Assembly: GCA_965204375.1 (NCBI GenBank)
Contig: OZ241986.1
Span: 4,544,001-4,608,000 of the forward strand
Direction: 5' to 3'
From: Candidatus Latescibacterota bacterium
GTDB taxonomy: Bacteria; Latescibacterota; UBA2968
DNA length: 64,000 nt
The notes beneath the pieces are model-generated. The model saw nothing but the letters and a program-made list of their open reading frames with translations. It did not search any database and had not been told where the DNA came from. Positions 9,530 to 19,203 of the stretch are shown here, in pieces (position 1 is the stretch's first letter; each line of letters begins with the position of its first letter). Position numbers and translations under genes: made by a program.

Positions 9530-11386
9530 TTATTCGTCCCTATCACGCAGTTGATTGATGACCTTATCTACTTGGCGCCCCCAATTCATACTGATGTTTT
9601 GGATATGCATTCGTTCTTCCCGTGATTCGGTCTGGTCTTCCATTCGTGCCCATGACGACAGTAATAATCGGATAGCGACACTGGCCTCAAATAAAGGATG
9701 GCTCTCGTCAATATTTTCGTCAAGACGACCTTCGATGTGCTTGAGCAGATTGTAGATTGGATGGTCAGTATTAAGATTGATATGCAGGACTCCTTGATTC
9801 GAGCGCACATTAAACATCTGATATCCGTCAAGTTGAGCTGGATTGAATTGATATGAGAGACCTTGCTCTACCAGCATCTTTGCGAGTTTTTGGGCTTCCT
9901 GACCGTCCTGACCAGATTCAATGAACTGTTCCGTAAGACCGGCTTCTCGCTCTTCGGATGGAATTTGCTCACGGTCTTTATCAGTGTTGGTTGGTGTCTC
10001 TATACCGGCCGTTATAGCGTCTCGGTCTGCATCAGTGGCAGTCTCTACAGCCTTAATTTCTGGGCTTCTACTGCCACCCCCATTCTGTGGGTTTCGTTTC
10101 TGATTAAACATCTGCCTTATGTCGCGCATCATGGAACGCGTTCGATCCCGGATGTCTCCCACGATATCGTATATGGGATCTTCGTCTATCCCCATCTCGT
10201 CAAGTATGACTTGATTAGGACGGTCATCACGAGCGAGGGTCTTAGCGGCCTGTGTAAAGTTTGCAACCATCTGTTTATTGTGGTCCACACCAAACAACTC
10301 ATCGCAGTTGCGAAAGAAGAGAACTTCACAGCCCCACCAGCGGTTCTGCGGATTCTCATCACTACCACCTTCTCTGAGGAAGGCATCTTCAAGAACGATC
10401 TCTCTATCTTCCCGGACGACTGATACACCAATGTTGTGTCTGGCGTGCTTACCATAATCGGTAGTGCCTGGATTCTGTGAGACTCTATCTGTTTTCAGGG
10501 CCTCAGGCGTCACAATTGAATATTTTACTTCAATAGTTACCTCCCGACCATCCACAATAGGTGTATAGTATTTCGTATCGCCGTATTGGGTAAACATCGG
10601 TTTACTATTCCATGGCTCAGGAGTAGATGTGGGATTCATCAAGTATAGAGGATCATTCGCGACAAATCGCGTCTCATCAAGTTCGGTAGGACGGATATCA
10701 AGGAAAGATACCGCTTTTATTCTATGTATTTCAGCATCAATGAAATGCCGATGGATGCGCCCAACTTATCGAGAAGTATTGTCGATTATCGTGCGAGCGG
10801 TTTTCCATTGAATCTTGTCCAATTTGCTCCACACTACAAGAGTGCCTGAGCGATTTCGATAGATCTCGTCGCTGCCAGCCGTTCTCCACACCTCAGGTAT
10901 AGGCGTGTCTTGGTCAGGAATCGGCACAAGGTGGTCACCTTGTGCTATGATATCAGCATCAATGCTGGAGTGCCATACTGAGTCCACACCGTCTTGCCAC
11001 GTCCACACATCTACTCTCTTGCATTGGGACATTGATGATGTGGGTAGGCCCATGCCATACTTTCCTATTCCCTTTTGAGAATTATGCCTGGTGCCCCCGC
11101 CAAACTTCAAGGCATCCAAAAGGGTCTGCCAGTCCATCCCTGTACCATTATCCAAGACAGCCATTTTAGATATTCGCCGCTGTCGCCTCTGCGACTCCGT
11201 CCTATGGACTTTCTCCATGCAAAGAAGTTCGATTTGTTCGGCATCGGCCTCTATCGAGTTGTCTATGAGTTCTGCTATGGCATAGGCGGTATTATGATAC
11301 CGACTGTCCCGAAGAGCTCGTATCGTGAAGCTGCTGGGAAATAGGCTGCGATCTGCGTCTTTTAGGTCGTTGAGTTGTTCGACCAT
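9530..11386 (-). pseudogene. MORC/GHKL (HATPase_c_3) ATPase, about 618 codons, interrupted by one in-frame TAA at 10766-10768
   Basis: ATG 11386 with GGAGG RBS; AIAELIDNSIEA, VLDNGTGM, GIGKYGMGL, SGTLVVWSKLD motifs; frame continues NTSR*VGRIHRHFI...ANDPLYLMNPT into ORF 9530-10642. Confidence 0.85.
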
Positions 11387-12609
11387 AGTTCCTCCCAATT
11401 CGTGAATGCATCTGTCACAGACCCGAAACCCGGAAGGTTCGTATCTGCAACGGTGAATATCTCGGCTTTTGGATTTCCGCCTGACCGGGGCCCGCGCATC
11501 GCTCGACCTGCCATTTGTGAGTAGAGTACCAGTGATGTGGTAGGCCGGGCGATAATGACGCAACGAGTCCTGGGCGCGTCAAAACCGGCGGTAAGCACGC
11601 CGTAGTTGAACACCACTTTATGCTCCCTGCTGTCGCTCCTAAAGTCATCAACAATAGATCGGCGATCTTCACCTGGTGTATTCGCTGTTACCACTGCACT
11701 TGCAACTCCTTTACTGCGGAGAAGTCTGTTGCATTCCACAGCACTTTCAACAGAAGGGCAAAAAACAATTGTACGAAGGTGGCGTCTAACTGCATCCTCT
11801 GTGAGTTCGACTATTTTTATTGTCCGCTCGTGGTTGCGACCCAGATCGTCCAACTCATGAGTGCTGTAATCCATACCAGGTTGAGGATCTGTAATTACGA
11901 TATCGGAGTCGAAGCTGATCGGCACAAAGCGGGGATCGGCGAGGTAGCGATTCTGGATTAGATAGGTAACGGGGCTATCGTAACCTCTTGGATCTATCGA
12001 AACCTTGTTGTGATTGAACATGTCGGCAAGTCGATAGTCCTCATCCGTTAGATTCGCTGTGCGTCCTGGCGTAGCCGTAAGACCAAGGAGGGGCGGCCTA
12101 ACACTGCATAGCTGCTCAGTTATAAAAGAGTAAGTTTCCGCAACTGCCTGATGAGCCTCGTCAAAAATGACGGCAGCAGCACAGTTCGCAAGGTGTGCAA
12201 GGAGAGTGTTGTCTTGGAATGCAGCAGAGCGCAGTTTGGCAAGACCTGTCACCAAGAACCCGGATGGAAGACGCCGTAGATCAAGTGACCGGCTTCCCCA
12301 GTTTCGATGAATGGAGGCATCCCACCGTCCCAGATATGTCCAGGCGTCTGCGAGTTGGTTTGCCGCTTGTTCGCAAAGTTCCTCAGTAGCAGCCAACCAG
12401 ATGACCAAGGAATTATCGGTGTCTTTTTCGTTGAGCAAGTGACATGCCGTGTGGGCTGCGATTCTGGTCTTTCCCGCACCGGTAGGAAGATGAGCCACGG
12501 CTCGACGTTCAGGAGATGATAGGGCATGAAGGATGTCAGTCAACACCTGCCGCTGGTAGGGATATAGCGGGAACTTCGGCCTGACCGTTTCCACCTCTGT
12601 TTCAGACAC
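11362..12609 (-). CDS. SF2 DEAD/DEAH (ResIII-like) helicase
   Basis: LYPYQ, LPTGAGKT, DEAH, GLTATP, VLTAGFDAP, QMAGRAMRG; likely GTG start at 12609 overlapping the upstream stop (alternative ATG 12675). Confidence 0.92.
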   Translation of the reverse strand: MSETEVETVRPKFPLYPYQRQVLTDILHALSSPERRAVAHLPTGAGKTRIAAHTACHLLNEKDTDNSLVIWLAATEELCEQAANQLADAWTYLGRWDASIHRNWGSRSLDLRRLPSGFLVTGLAKLRSAAFQDNTLLAHLANCAAAVIFDEAHQAVAETYSFITEQLCSVRPPLLGLTATPGRTANLTDEDYRLADMFNHNKVSIDPRGYDSPVTYLIQNRYLADPRFVPISFDSDIVITDPQPGMDYSTHELDDLGRNHERTIKIVELTEDAVRRHLRTIVFCPSVESAVECNRLLRSKGVASAVVTANTPGEDRRSIVDDFRSDSREHKVVFNYGVLTAGFDAPRTRCVIIARPTTSLVLYSQMAGRAMRGPRSGGNPKAEIFTVADTNLPGFGSVTDAFTNWEELWSNNSTT

Positions 12610-13471
12610 CGCAAAGGCCTTCGCATTCGTTTTCAAAGTGATTGATCCCTTCCCCTCCCTCTGTTTCTTGCTCATCAATAACGCTGTCAAGGGGACGACG
12701 TGCAGAATGTAGATATGGCCGACCGTGTAGCAATTCCCTTACAGGATTCTTTGTACTATGGCGGAGCCATCGATCAAAATGCACAGCCTCCTCGTAGCTA
12801 TCTGGTTCAGACTGCTTTAGTTCCAACCAATGTTCGTCTGACCGATAAGGACAGATGACGCAAGCTGACCGGGGCAGGTGGCGACCTGGATATTCCGAGT
12901 TAAACCATTCAACACAATCTTGGCGTGTCATACCAATATCCACTAGTGGCCAGCGATGTTCGACCCACCGTTCTCGGCTCGGCTTCATGCGGCCCACTTC
13001 ATCCAGCGAAATTCCGATCCACATTTCGGCGTGGGTGTTCTTGGGAAATGGTCGGCCGCGCTGTCCTCCCGCGAGTTCCCTAACCCGTCGATAAATAGGC
13101 TTAATCTTGTAGTGAGTGGTGCATTGCCGCCGCAACATGCCCTTCTTCCCATCCCCATTGACAGTGAATAAGGGAACATCAACAAAGTTGTGACCCGACA
13201 CCGTGCGGGCTTTTTTAAGATTAGTTTTTAGATCGCCTTCAGACACGCGAATCAGTGGATATTGGAGTTGCTCTTCAAGCCAGTCCAAATGTTGATATAC
13301 ATAAGCTGGCTCCCATCCAGTATCAGCGAAGACGGCGACGTCAGGTTTAGGATAGCCCAACTCAATCAAACGAGGGTGGGACCTCGATAGGAGGAGTGCT
13401 AAAACAGAACTCTGTACGCCAGCCCCCAAGCTCAGGGCACGATAGGTTACGGTGCTCGTCTTCACGACCAT
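12602..13471 (-). CDS. PAPS-reductase/PP-loop (adenine nucleotide alpha-hydrolase)-like protein with Cys motifs
   Basis: LSLGAGVQSS PP-loop variant, FADTGWEP, RRQCT..YKIKP, WIGISLDE, SACVICPY, C-terminal ECEGLCGV. Confidence 0.8.
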   Translation of the reverse strand: MVVKTSTVTYRALSLGAGVQSSVLALLLSRSHPRLIELGYPKPDVAVFADTGWEPAYVYQHLDWLEEQLQYPLIRVSEGDLKTNLKKARTVSGHNFVDVPLFTVNGDGKKGMLRRQCTTHYKIKPIYRRVRELAGGQRGRPFPKNTHAEMWIGISLDEVGRMKPSRERWVEHRWPLVDIGMTRQDCVEWFNSEYPGRHLPRSACVICPYRSDEHWLELKQSEPDSYEEAVHFDRWLRHSTKNPVRELLHGRPYLHSARRPLDSVIDEQETEGGEGINHFENECEGLCGV

Positions 13472-13533
13472 TTCGAAAGCCTCCTTGATTCAGTTGCATG
13501 AATGTCTGCTCAGGACAGATAAAAATATGAGAT

Positions 13534-13562
13534 ATTATAGTCAGTAGCGGTAAAAGGGTCAA
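13534..13562 (-). promoter_or_regulatory. Near-consensus sigma70 promoter of the four-gene operon
   Basis: TTGACC (13562-13557), 17-bp spacer, TATAAT (13539-13534) on the minus strand. Confidence 0.75.
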
Positions 13563-14011
13563 GGGAGAGGATGGAAAATTTTTGATATCGTTAAATGGCG
13601 GTAAGCAGTTTTTATAGACTGCTTACCAAACGAGTTTTCGCTATAGATTACAGGCTGACTGATGTTACGCGATGTCCCTGTATTTCGTCCTGCATTGGGA
13701 ACTCACGTCACGCATCTAACGTCGCTCAGAATCTCAGCAAATATCAGGCCAATGTCACAGCATCGCGTGACAAATTGTATGGACAGCATCAAAAACCCTT
13801 ATTATGTCTTCGATATGCTGTATTGCGCCCTTGTTCACGACCTGAATTTTAAGGATCGTCTGTTGAAAAGAAAGCGGCACAGAACAATTTCGGATGCGAA
13901 AGTGTATATTTTGAGCGATGAATGAGTGGTCAGGTGAAAGATATGTACCGCTTGACCATGTAGCTGCCGCGGTGGTTATCTGTGTGTGCTTGCGTAACGC
14001 GAGAGGCTAAC

Positions 14012-14113
14012 AAAAAAAGCCGCTCAAAAGAGCGGCTTTTGCAATCGCACTACCATCAGACCGTCGCCTGCAGATCCTTCAGATAACTCAACGTATCGCG
14101 GATACTCGCCTCT
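14012..14113 (-). repeat. Terminator T copy 3 plus duplicate of sugar-isomerase gene 3' end
   Basis: 14056-14113 is 52/58 identical to 16981-17038 (EASIRDTLSYLKDLQATV* versus ...KELQATV*). Confidence 0.9.
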
Positions 14114-14115
14114 TT

Positions 14116-14376
14116 TTAGCGTTGATATACGTCTCCCGTTTCACGAAGCAAATCGCGCAAAGGCCGTGTCTCGCTATTCTCCTCGTTCGCTTCTTCCATT
14201 AACATGGTATCAACAGCATCCTGCAAGTGAGGAGGAAGCGTCTCCCAATCTGTTTCCCGAGCCACCTTTTGAATTAAAGTCTTGAAATCGTCATATCCAA
14301 GTATCACCTCTATGACCTCACCTGAATCATCATATACCCATTTTGGAGAACGAGATTTTTCGAGAATGCGTGTCAT
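14116..14376 (-). CDS. Small acidic hypothetical protein (orphan antitoxin-like)
   Basis: Start MTRILEK (ATG 14376), 86 aa; PKWVYDDSGEVIEVILGYDDF N-terminus resembles small antitoxin-like proteins. Confidence 0.5.
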   Translation of the reverse strand: MTRILEKSRSPKWVYDDSGEVIEVILGYDDFKTLIQKVARETDWETLPPHLQDAVDTMLMEEANEENSETRPLRDLLRETGDVYQR

Positions 14377-14440
14377 ATTACCCTCAATAGTATTGATCAA
14401 GTTAAATCTGAAAATAAGTTGAATTTCTATTGATGTCAAT

Positions 14441-14536
14441 TCAGGACTGTCGCTTATAGCTCTTTCAAATACCTCAGCGTATCGCGGATGCTTGCCTCAG
14501 TCGTATCCGACGTCCCTTTCTCTACACACAGCGGAC
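14441..14536 (-). repeat. Second, longer degenerate duplicate of sugar-isomerase gene 3' end
   Basis: Aligns with 16981-17075; reads PLCVEKGTSDTTEASIRDTLRYLKEL*. Confidence 0.88.
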
Positions 14537-14602
14537 AGGTGGAAAATCAACCAATACTATATCAATACGCCGATGTTAGAGTTATTTTTTCAACCATCGG
14601 AT
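14535..14602. repeat. 68-bp direct repeat, right copy (includes GWxTD stop codon)
   Basis: 63/68 identical to 8488-8555. Confidence 0.88.
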
Positions 14603-16944
14603 CGGAAGCGCACTTCGCGTTCGACGCTCTTGCCACTGACCAGGTCGGTTACAATGACCTCGAGTGCGTTGACCCCGGGTCTGACTTTGTTGAGTACGAT
14701 TTCGACGTATTCCCGTTCGTCGGCGTCGCGTCCCGTGAGCTCGTTAGTGATGGCCACCTGGGGTTTGCTGGTTCTAAAGATGGTGCGCAACCCCGTAGCC
14801 ACTGCGCCAAATACACCAACAGCGGGCATAGCACTGGAACGAATGCGGTATTCGGTTTTGTAACGGGTTTGTCCAAAGGTGTCTTTGGTCAGGTTGTAGA
14901 TTTCAAAGTAGGCATAGACATTTTGCGTTGCGGCATAACTGCGCGTGGGAATGGGGATGATCCACACATCTTCTTTTTGGAATTTTGTCGCGCCTTCTTC
15001 CGCAATGCTCGAGGCCAGTTGAATTTCACTGACTTGAAGCTCTGGGATCTGATAGTCTCTGACTTCGAGTTCTTGCCGGTAGAGTCCGGTGCGTCCAGAG
15101 ATGAGGTCTTTCATTTGCACTTGAAGTTCGTATTTGCCGGGCGGTACCTGTGTTTTGATGATTTCAGGCACAAAAGCACCCTGTTCGATTGTGCTGGGTA
15201 CTTGCGCGCCGCGATACGCGAACTCATCGGTTGTGCGATAGATGGATGTATGACCCTCATTTGCCAGCGCAACGGCCAATTGTACGTGTATGAAACTCGA
15301 ATCGGCTTCTTGCTCAATTTCGACCTGCTCGGGCGGGATGCCGTAATAAATCTCGAGATTGGTTTGCCCGTCGGGTCCGCGGAAGTGCGCCAGATCATAG
15401 TAGAAATTGAGTATATCGCCGGGAAGACCAGGGCGGTAAAAATCGGGTGAAGTCGATACGGCTTGCTGGTAGATGACTTCGGGCATGTATTCGGTCATGC
15501 GGGCGATATAAGCGATGGCTTCGGGATCTGCAATGCTTGTGGCTTCGGGTAATGGGGCAAAGTCATAGCGTCCATTGCCCATTTCGTCGGTAAAGGTAAT
15601 CTCTATGCCCCCATTGATCTGAATATAGGTCCAGGTTTCCCAGGGCACAGTATCAATTTCACTGCCAATGGTAACAGGCGAAAAGCGGCCAAATTGTAAG
15701 CGGGTGTTGAGTTGTCCCGTTTGCTCATCGAGAACGCTTTCGATGGTGCCATCGCCCTCAAATGGATTATCCTCAACGAGTTCGAAACTTATGTCGCGGT
15801 TGGTGCGAATGGGAAAGACGGGACCTGTGAAGGTGAAATGGGCAGCTTCAGGACCGTAGATGTCAACGGCCATCTGCGTGCGCACGCGCTCTACTTCGGC
15901 GGTTTGAAAAAAGTTGCGATCATTGGAGCGCGACCGATAGTCGGGTTCGCCATATCGAATATAAACAGCACCTCGCTCATCCCAGGGATAGACATTGGAC
16001 GAAAAATAGGTGCGCGCATACCAGGTGCGGCGGTAGTGTTCGATGACGCGCTCGTTGAGTTTGGTGAGAATATCGGGGTCGCGCCGTGCCCAGAATTGCT
16101 CGCGATATGCCTGTTGTTCGGGCCCCGGTGTGGCGGCGTGGTATTCCTGGAGTTCTGTATCTGAGGCAACATAGGCAATATCGGTGTAGTGTGCGCGTTC
16201 ACTGCTTTTGATGTTGGCGAGATAACGCTCGAAGAGTTCAAGGGCTTTTTGCGCCTCGTCGTTGTAAAAATGACCCTGTGCAACAATGGGCAAGAGCTGA
16301 ACCACATCGGGGTGTGCGGAGAGATAGGGAGCAATATGTTCGAGAATGGTGTCAAATGCTTTGGCCTGTACACAGGCTAAGCCGTAATAATAAAGATTAT
16401 CGGGATTATCGGGTTCGAGTTCGACGTATTTCTGATAGTACTGCATAGCCCTATTGTGGTCTTCTTCAAATCGCTCATAGACTTCGCCGAGCAGACGATA
16501 GGCCGGACCGTAATTGGGATCGAGTTTGGTGGCGCGCTTGGCTTCGCCAATAGCTCTGTGAAAATTGTAATAAGATTGCAGGCCCCGCGTGGGTACTTTG
16601 GCATACGTAAGGCCAAGCCCGACATAGGCCTCGACGAGGCTTTTGTCGAATTTTTTGGCTGTTTTGAAGGCGCCTTCAGCTTCTTTGTATTCTTTCCGTT
16701 TGAGATAGATATAACCCAGTTGAGAATACACATGGGCGTCTTCGGGAAAGTTTTTTAAAATGCGTTGGAGAGTCGCCATGGCCTCGTTGATTTCACCCGC
16801 TTGAATCTGACGCTGGCTCAGGGCAAACAGCGTATTTCGGACGATCTTGTCTTGTTGAGGTGCTTCATCTTCTTCTGCAAGAAGAGGCAGCGCAATGCAA
16901 GAGGCACAGCAGACAACCATCCAGAACTGCAATCCAATTTTCAT
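14590..16944 (-). CDS. TPR-repeat plus GWxTD-domain secreted protein
   Basis: Signal peptide; several TPRs; FWARRDP...EHYRRTWYA...PWDERGAVYIRYGEPD (GWxTD-domain variant); C-terminal Ig-like domains. Confidence 0.82.
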   Translation of the reverse strand: MKIGLQFWMVVCCASCIALPLLAEEDEAPQQDKIVRNTLFALSQRQIQAGEINEAMATLQRILKNFPEDAHVYSQLGYIYLKRKEYKEAEGAFKTAKKFDKSLVEAYVGLGLTYAKVPTRGLQSYYNFHRAIGEAKRATKLDPNYGPAYRLLGEVYERFEEDHNRAMQYYQKYVELEPDNPDNLYYYGLACVQAKAFDTILEHIAPYLSAHPDVVQLLPIVAQGHFYNDEAQKALELFERYLANIKSSERAHYTDIAYVASDTELQEYHAATPGPEQQAYREQFWARRDPDILTKLNERVIEHYRRTWYARTYFSSNVYPWDERGAVYIRYGEPDYRSRSNDRNFFQTAEVERVRTQMAVDIYGPEAAHFTFTGPVFPIRTNRDISFELVEDNPFEGDGTIESVLDEQTGQLNTRLQFGRFSPVTIGSEIDTVPWETWTYIQINGGIEITFTDEMGNGRYDFAPLPEATSIADPEAIAYIARMTEYMPEVIYQQAVSTSPDFYRPGLPGDILNFYYDLAHFRGPDGQTNLEIYYGIPPEQVEIEQEADSSFIHVQLAVALANEGHTSIYRTTDEFAYRGAQVPSTIEQGAFVPEIIKTQVPPGKYELQVQMKDLISGRTGLYRQELEVRDYQIPELQVSEIQLASSIAEEGATKFQKEDVWIIPIPTRSYAATQNVYAYFEIYNLTKDTFGQTRYKTEYRIRSSAMPAVGVFGAVATGLRTIFRTSKPQVAITNELTGRDADEREYVEIVLNKVRPGVNALEVIVTDLVSGKSVEREVRFRSDG

Positions 16945-16980
16945 GGTGTTCTCCCGATTGATCAAGATGTAAAACTGCTC

Positions 16981-17790
16981 TTAGACCGTCGCTTGCAGCT
17001 CTTTCAAATAACTCAGCGTATCGCGGATACTCGCCTCTGTCGTCTCCGACGCACCCTTCTCCACACACAGTGGACCCGCGTAATCTGCCGCATTTAAAAT
17101 TTCCAAACACGTCTTCAAATCATATCCCATAGCTTTGCCATCCCGCTCCCACGCCTGCACGCCGTCATCACTGTAATTAAACACCTTCACATGACACGAA
17201 AACGCGCGCGGTGCCAGCACGCGCATGCCCGCCTCCCAATCGCCATCGGGAAAATTCGCCGTATCTGGACAGGTGCCAAACCAATCGGAACCCACCCCAT
17301 CCAAAATCCGCTGCAAATTATCAGAAGAAGACGACACCCCCCCGTGATTCTCCACCAGCAGCTTCACACCCGCCTGCTCGCCCACAGCCACCAATTCCCG
17401 ATACCCCTCAATCACCCGGCTCATCGCCCCATCGTCATCCGCGTGCCCCGTATTAATCCGTATCGCCTCGGACCCCACAGCCGACGCCGTGTAAAACCAC
17501 TGCTTCAGCGCCTCCAGATCCGTGCGCCGCACAGCCGCATCAGCACCCGCAATATTGCCCATATCCACCGCGATATTGCGCACCGAAAGTCCATTGTCAG
17601 CCAACCGATTCCGAAGCTCATTCAAATACCTCGCATCCTGAGACTCAAAAAACCGCGAACACAACTCCACTGTCTCCACGCCATGGGAGGCACACACCTC
17701 GGGAAATTCCAGCAAAGTCAGCGACTTCTCCCGCAAAATTTCACCGCTAAGCACCCATCCGGCAATACCGAGTTCGAGATCCATACTCAT
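16981..17790 (-). CDS. Sugar phosphate isomerase/epimerase (xylose isomerase-like TIM barrel)
   Basis: LLVENHGG, TCPDTANF, CHVK, LCVE metal-site motifs. Confidence 0.88.
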   Translation of the reverse strand: MSMDLELGIAGWVLSGEILREKSLTLLEFPEVCASHGVETVELCSRFFESQDARYLNELRNRLADNGLSVRNIAVDMGNIAGADAAVRRTDLEALKQWFYTASAVGSEAIRINTGHADDDGAMSRVIEGYRELVAVGEQAGVKLLVENHGGVSSSSDNLQRILDGVGSDWFGTCPDTANFPDGDWEAGMRVLAPRAFSCHVKVFNYSDDGVQAWERDGKAMGYDLKTCLEILNAADYAGPLCVEKGASETTEASIRDTLSYLKELQATV

Positions 17791-17880
17791 TTCTCCTTTT
17801 ACTGAATTTATCGACAGATTTGACCACCACTCCTATATTTATATTATATTACACTCCCCCACAACACAAGGAGGTTTTGC

Positions 17881-19146
17881 GTGGAATCCGTTATCGGCAT
17901 CATCTTAGGAGGCGGAGCAGGGTCGCGCCTCTATCCCCTGACCAAATACCGCTCCAAACCCGCCGTCCCTATCGGCGGCAAATACCGCCTCATCGACATA
18001 CCCATCAGCAACTGCCTGCACTCGGGCCTCACACGCATCTACGCACTCACCCAATTCAACTCCGCCTCTCTCAACCGCCACATCGCCCAAACCTATCGCT
18101 TCGACGCCTTTTCAAACGGCTTTGTCGAAATCCTCGCCGCCGAACAAACCGAAGACCGCCTCGACTGGTATCAGGGCACAGCCGACGCGGTTCGCCAGCA
18201 ACTCCGCCACTTCATGTCCTACCAGATAGATCAATACCTCATCCTCTCCGGTGACCACCTCTACCGCATGAACTACCGGAACTTTATCGCCGAACACCGC
18301 GAAAAAGGCGCAGACCTCACCATCGCCGTCAAACCCGTCAGCCGAGAAATCGCGCCCGAACTCGGTATCCTCAAACTCGATGACACCGGACGCATCATCG
18401 ACTTCGTAGAAAAACCGCAAACCGACGCCGAACTGGACGACCTCAAACTCGATCCCGCACCCGGCAGCAACCCCGACGAAGCGTACATGGCCTCCATGGG
18501 CATCTACGTCTTTGAAAAAGACAAACTGAGAACACTCCTCGCAGAAAACAAAGGCGACGACTTTGGCAAACACATCATCCCCGCCGCCATCCACAGCCAC
18601 AAAGTCTATGCCCACCGGTTCGAAGGCTACTGGGAAGACATCGGCACCATCCGCGCCTTCTACGAAGCCAACCTCGCGCTCACAACCCCGGCACCCCCCT
18701 TCACCTTTTATCAACCCGGCGCCCCCATCTACACCCACCCGCGCTACCTCGCCGCGGCCAAATTGGACGGATGCCACCTCAAACAATGCAAAATCGGCGA
18801 CGGCTCCGACATCCTGGACGCAGAAATCGAACACGCCGTCATCGGCATACGCAGCATCGTTGGTCCCCGCGTCAAACTCACCAACACCGTCATGATGGGC
18901 GCCGACTTTTACGAAACACCCGAAGACAAAAAACGCAACAAACAAAAAGGCATCCCAAACGTCGGCATCGGTCCGGGATGCGTAATCGACAGCGCAATCA
19001 TCGACAAAAACGCGCGCATTGGGGAAAACGTCACCATCCAAAACGCAAAAAACATCCGCGAAACAGAACGCGACGCCTACGCCATCCGAGACGGCATCGT
19101 CGTCATCACCAAAGACGCTATTATTCCCGCGGGTACGGTGATTTAA
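17881..19146 (+). CDS. glgC: Glucose-1-phosphate adenylyltransferase
   Basis: ILGGGAGSRLYPLTKYRSKPAVPIGGKYRLID, WYQGTADAVR, LILSGDHLYRM, ASMGIYVF, DDFGK, YWEDIGT. Confidence 0.97.
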   Translation: MESVIGIILGGGAGSRLYPLTKYRSKPAVPIGGKYRLIDIPISNCLHSGLTRIYALTQFNSASLNRHIAQTYRFDAFSNGFVEILAAEQTEDRLDWYQGTADAVRQQLRHFMSYQIDQYLILSGDHLYRMNYRNFIAEHREKGADLTIAVKPVSREIAPELGILKLDDTGRIIDFVEKPQTDAELDDLKLDPAPGSNPDEAYMASMGIYVFEKDKLRTLLAENKGDDFGKHIIPAAIHSHKVYAHRFEGYWEDIGTIRAFYEANLALTTPAPPFTFYQPGAPIYTHPRYLAAAKLDGCHLKQCKIGDGSDILDAEIEHAVIGIRSIVGPRVKLTNTVMMGADFYETPEDKKRNKQKGIPNVGIGPGCVIDSAIIDKNARIGENVTIQNAKNIRETERDAYAIRDGIVVITKDAIIPAGTVI

Positions 19147-19203
19147 CCAGTCCCTCTTTTTCATCTGCGTCTATCTGCGTTCATCTGCGGATCACACGTC
19201 CTA

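Noticed and set aside
8673-13471. Calling the operon a classical Dnd/Ssp phosphorothioation or type III restriction-modification system
   Set aside because: No dndB/D/E, sspB/C, cysteine desulfurase or methyltransferase in the cluster; the PP-loop protein is shorter than DndC and has a different motif.
8488-14602. Prophage or ICE delimited by att sites
   Set aside because: No integrase, phage structural or conjugation genes, and no tRNA target.
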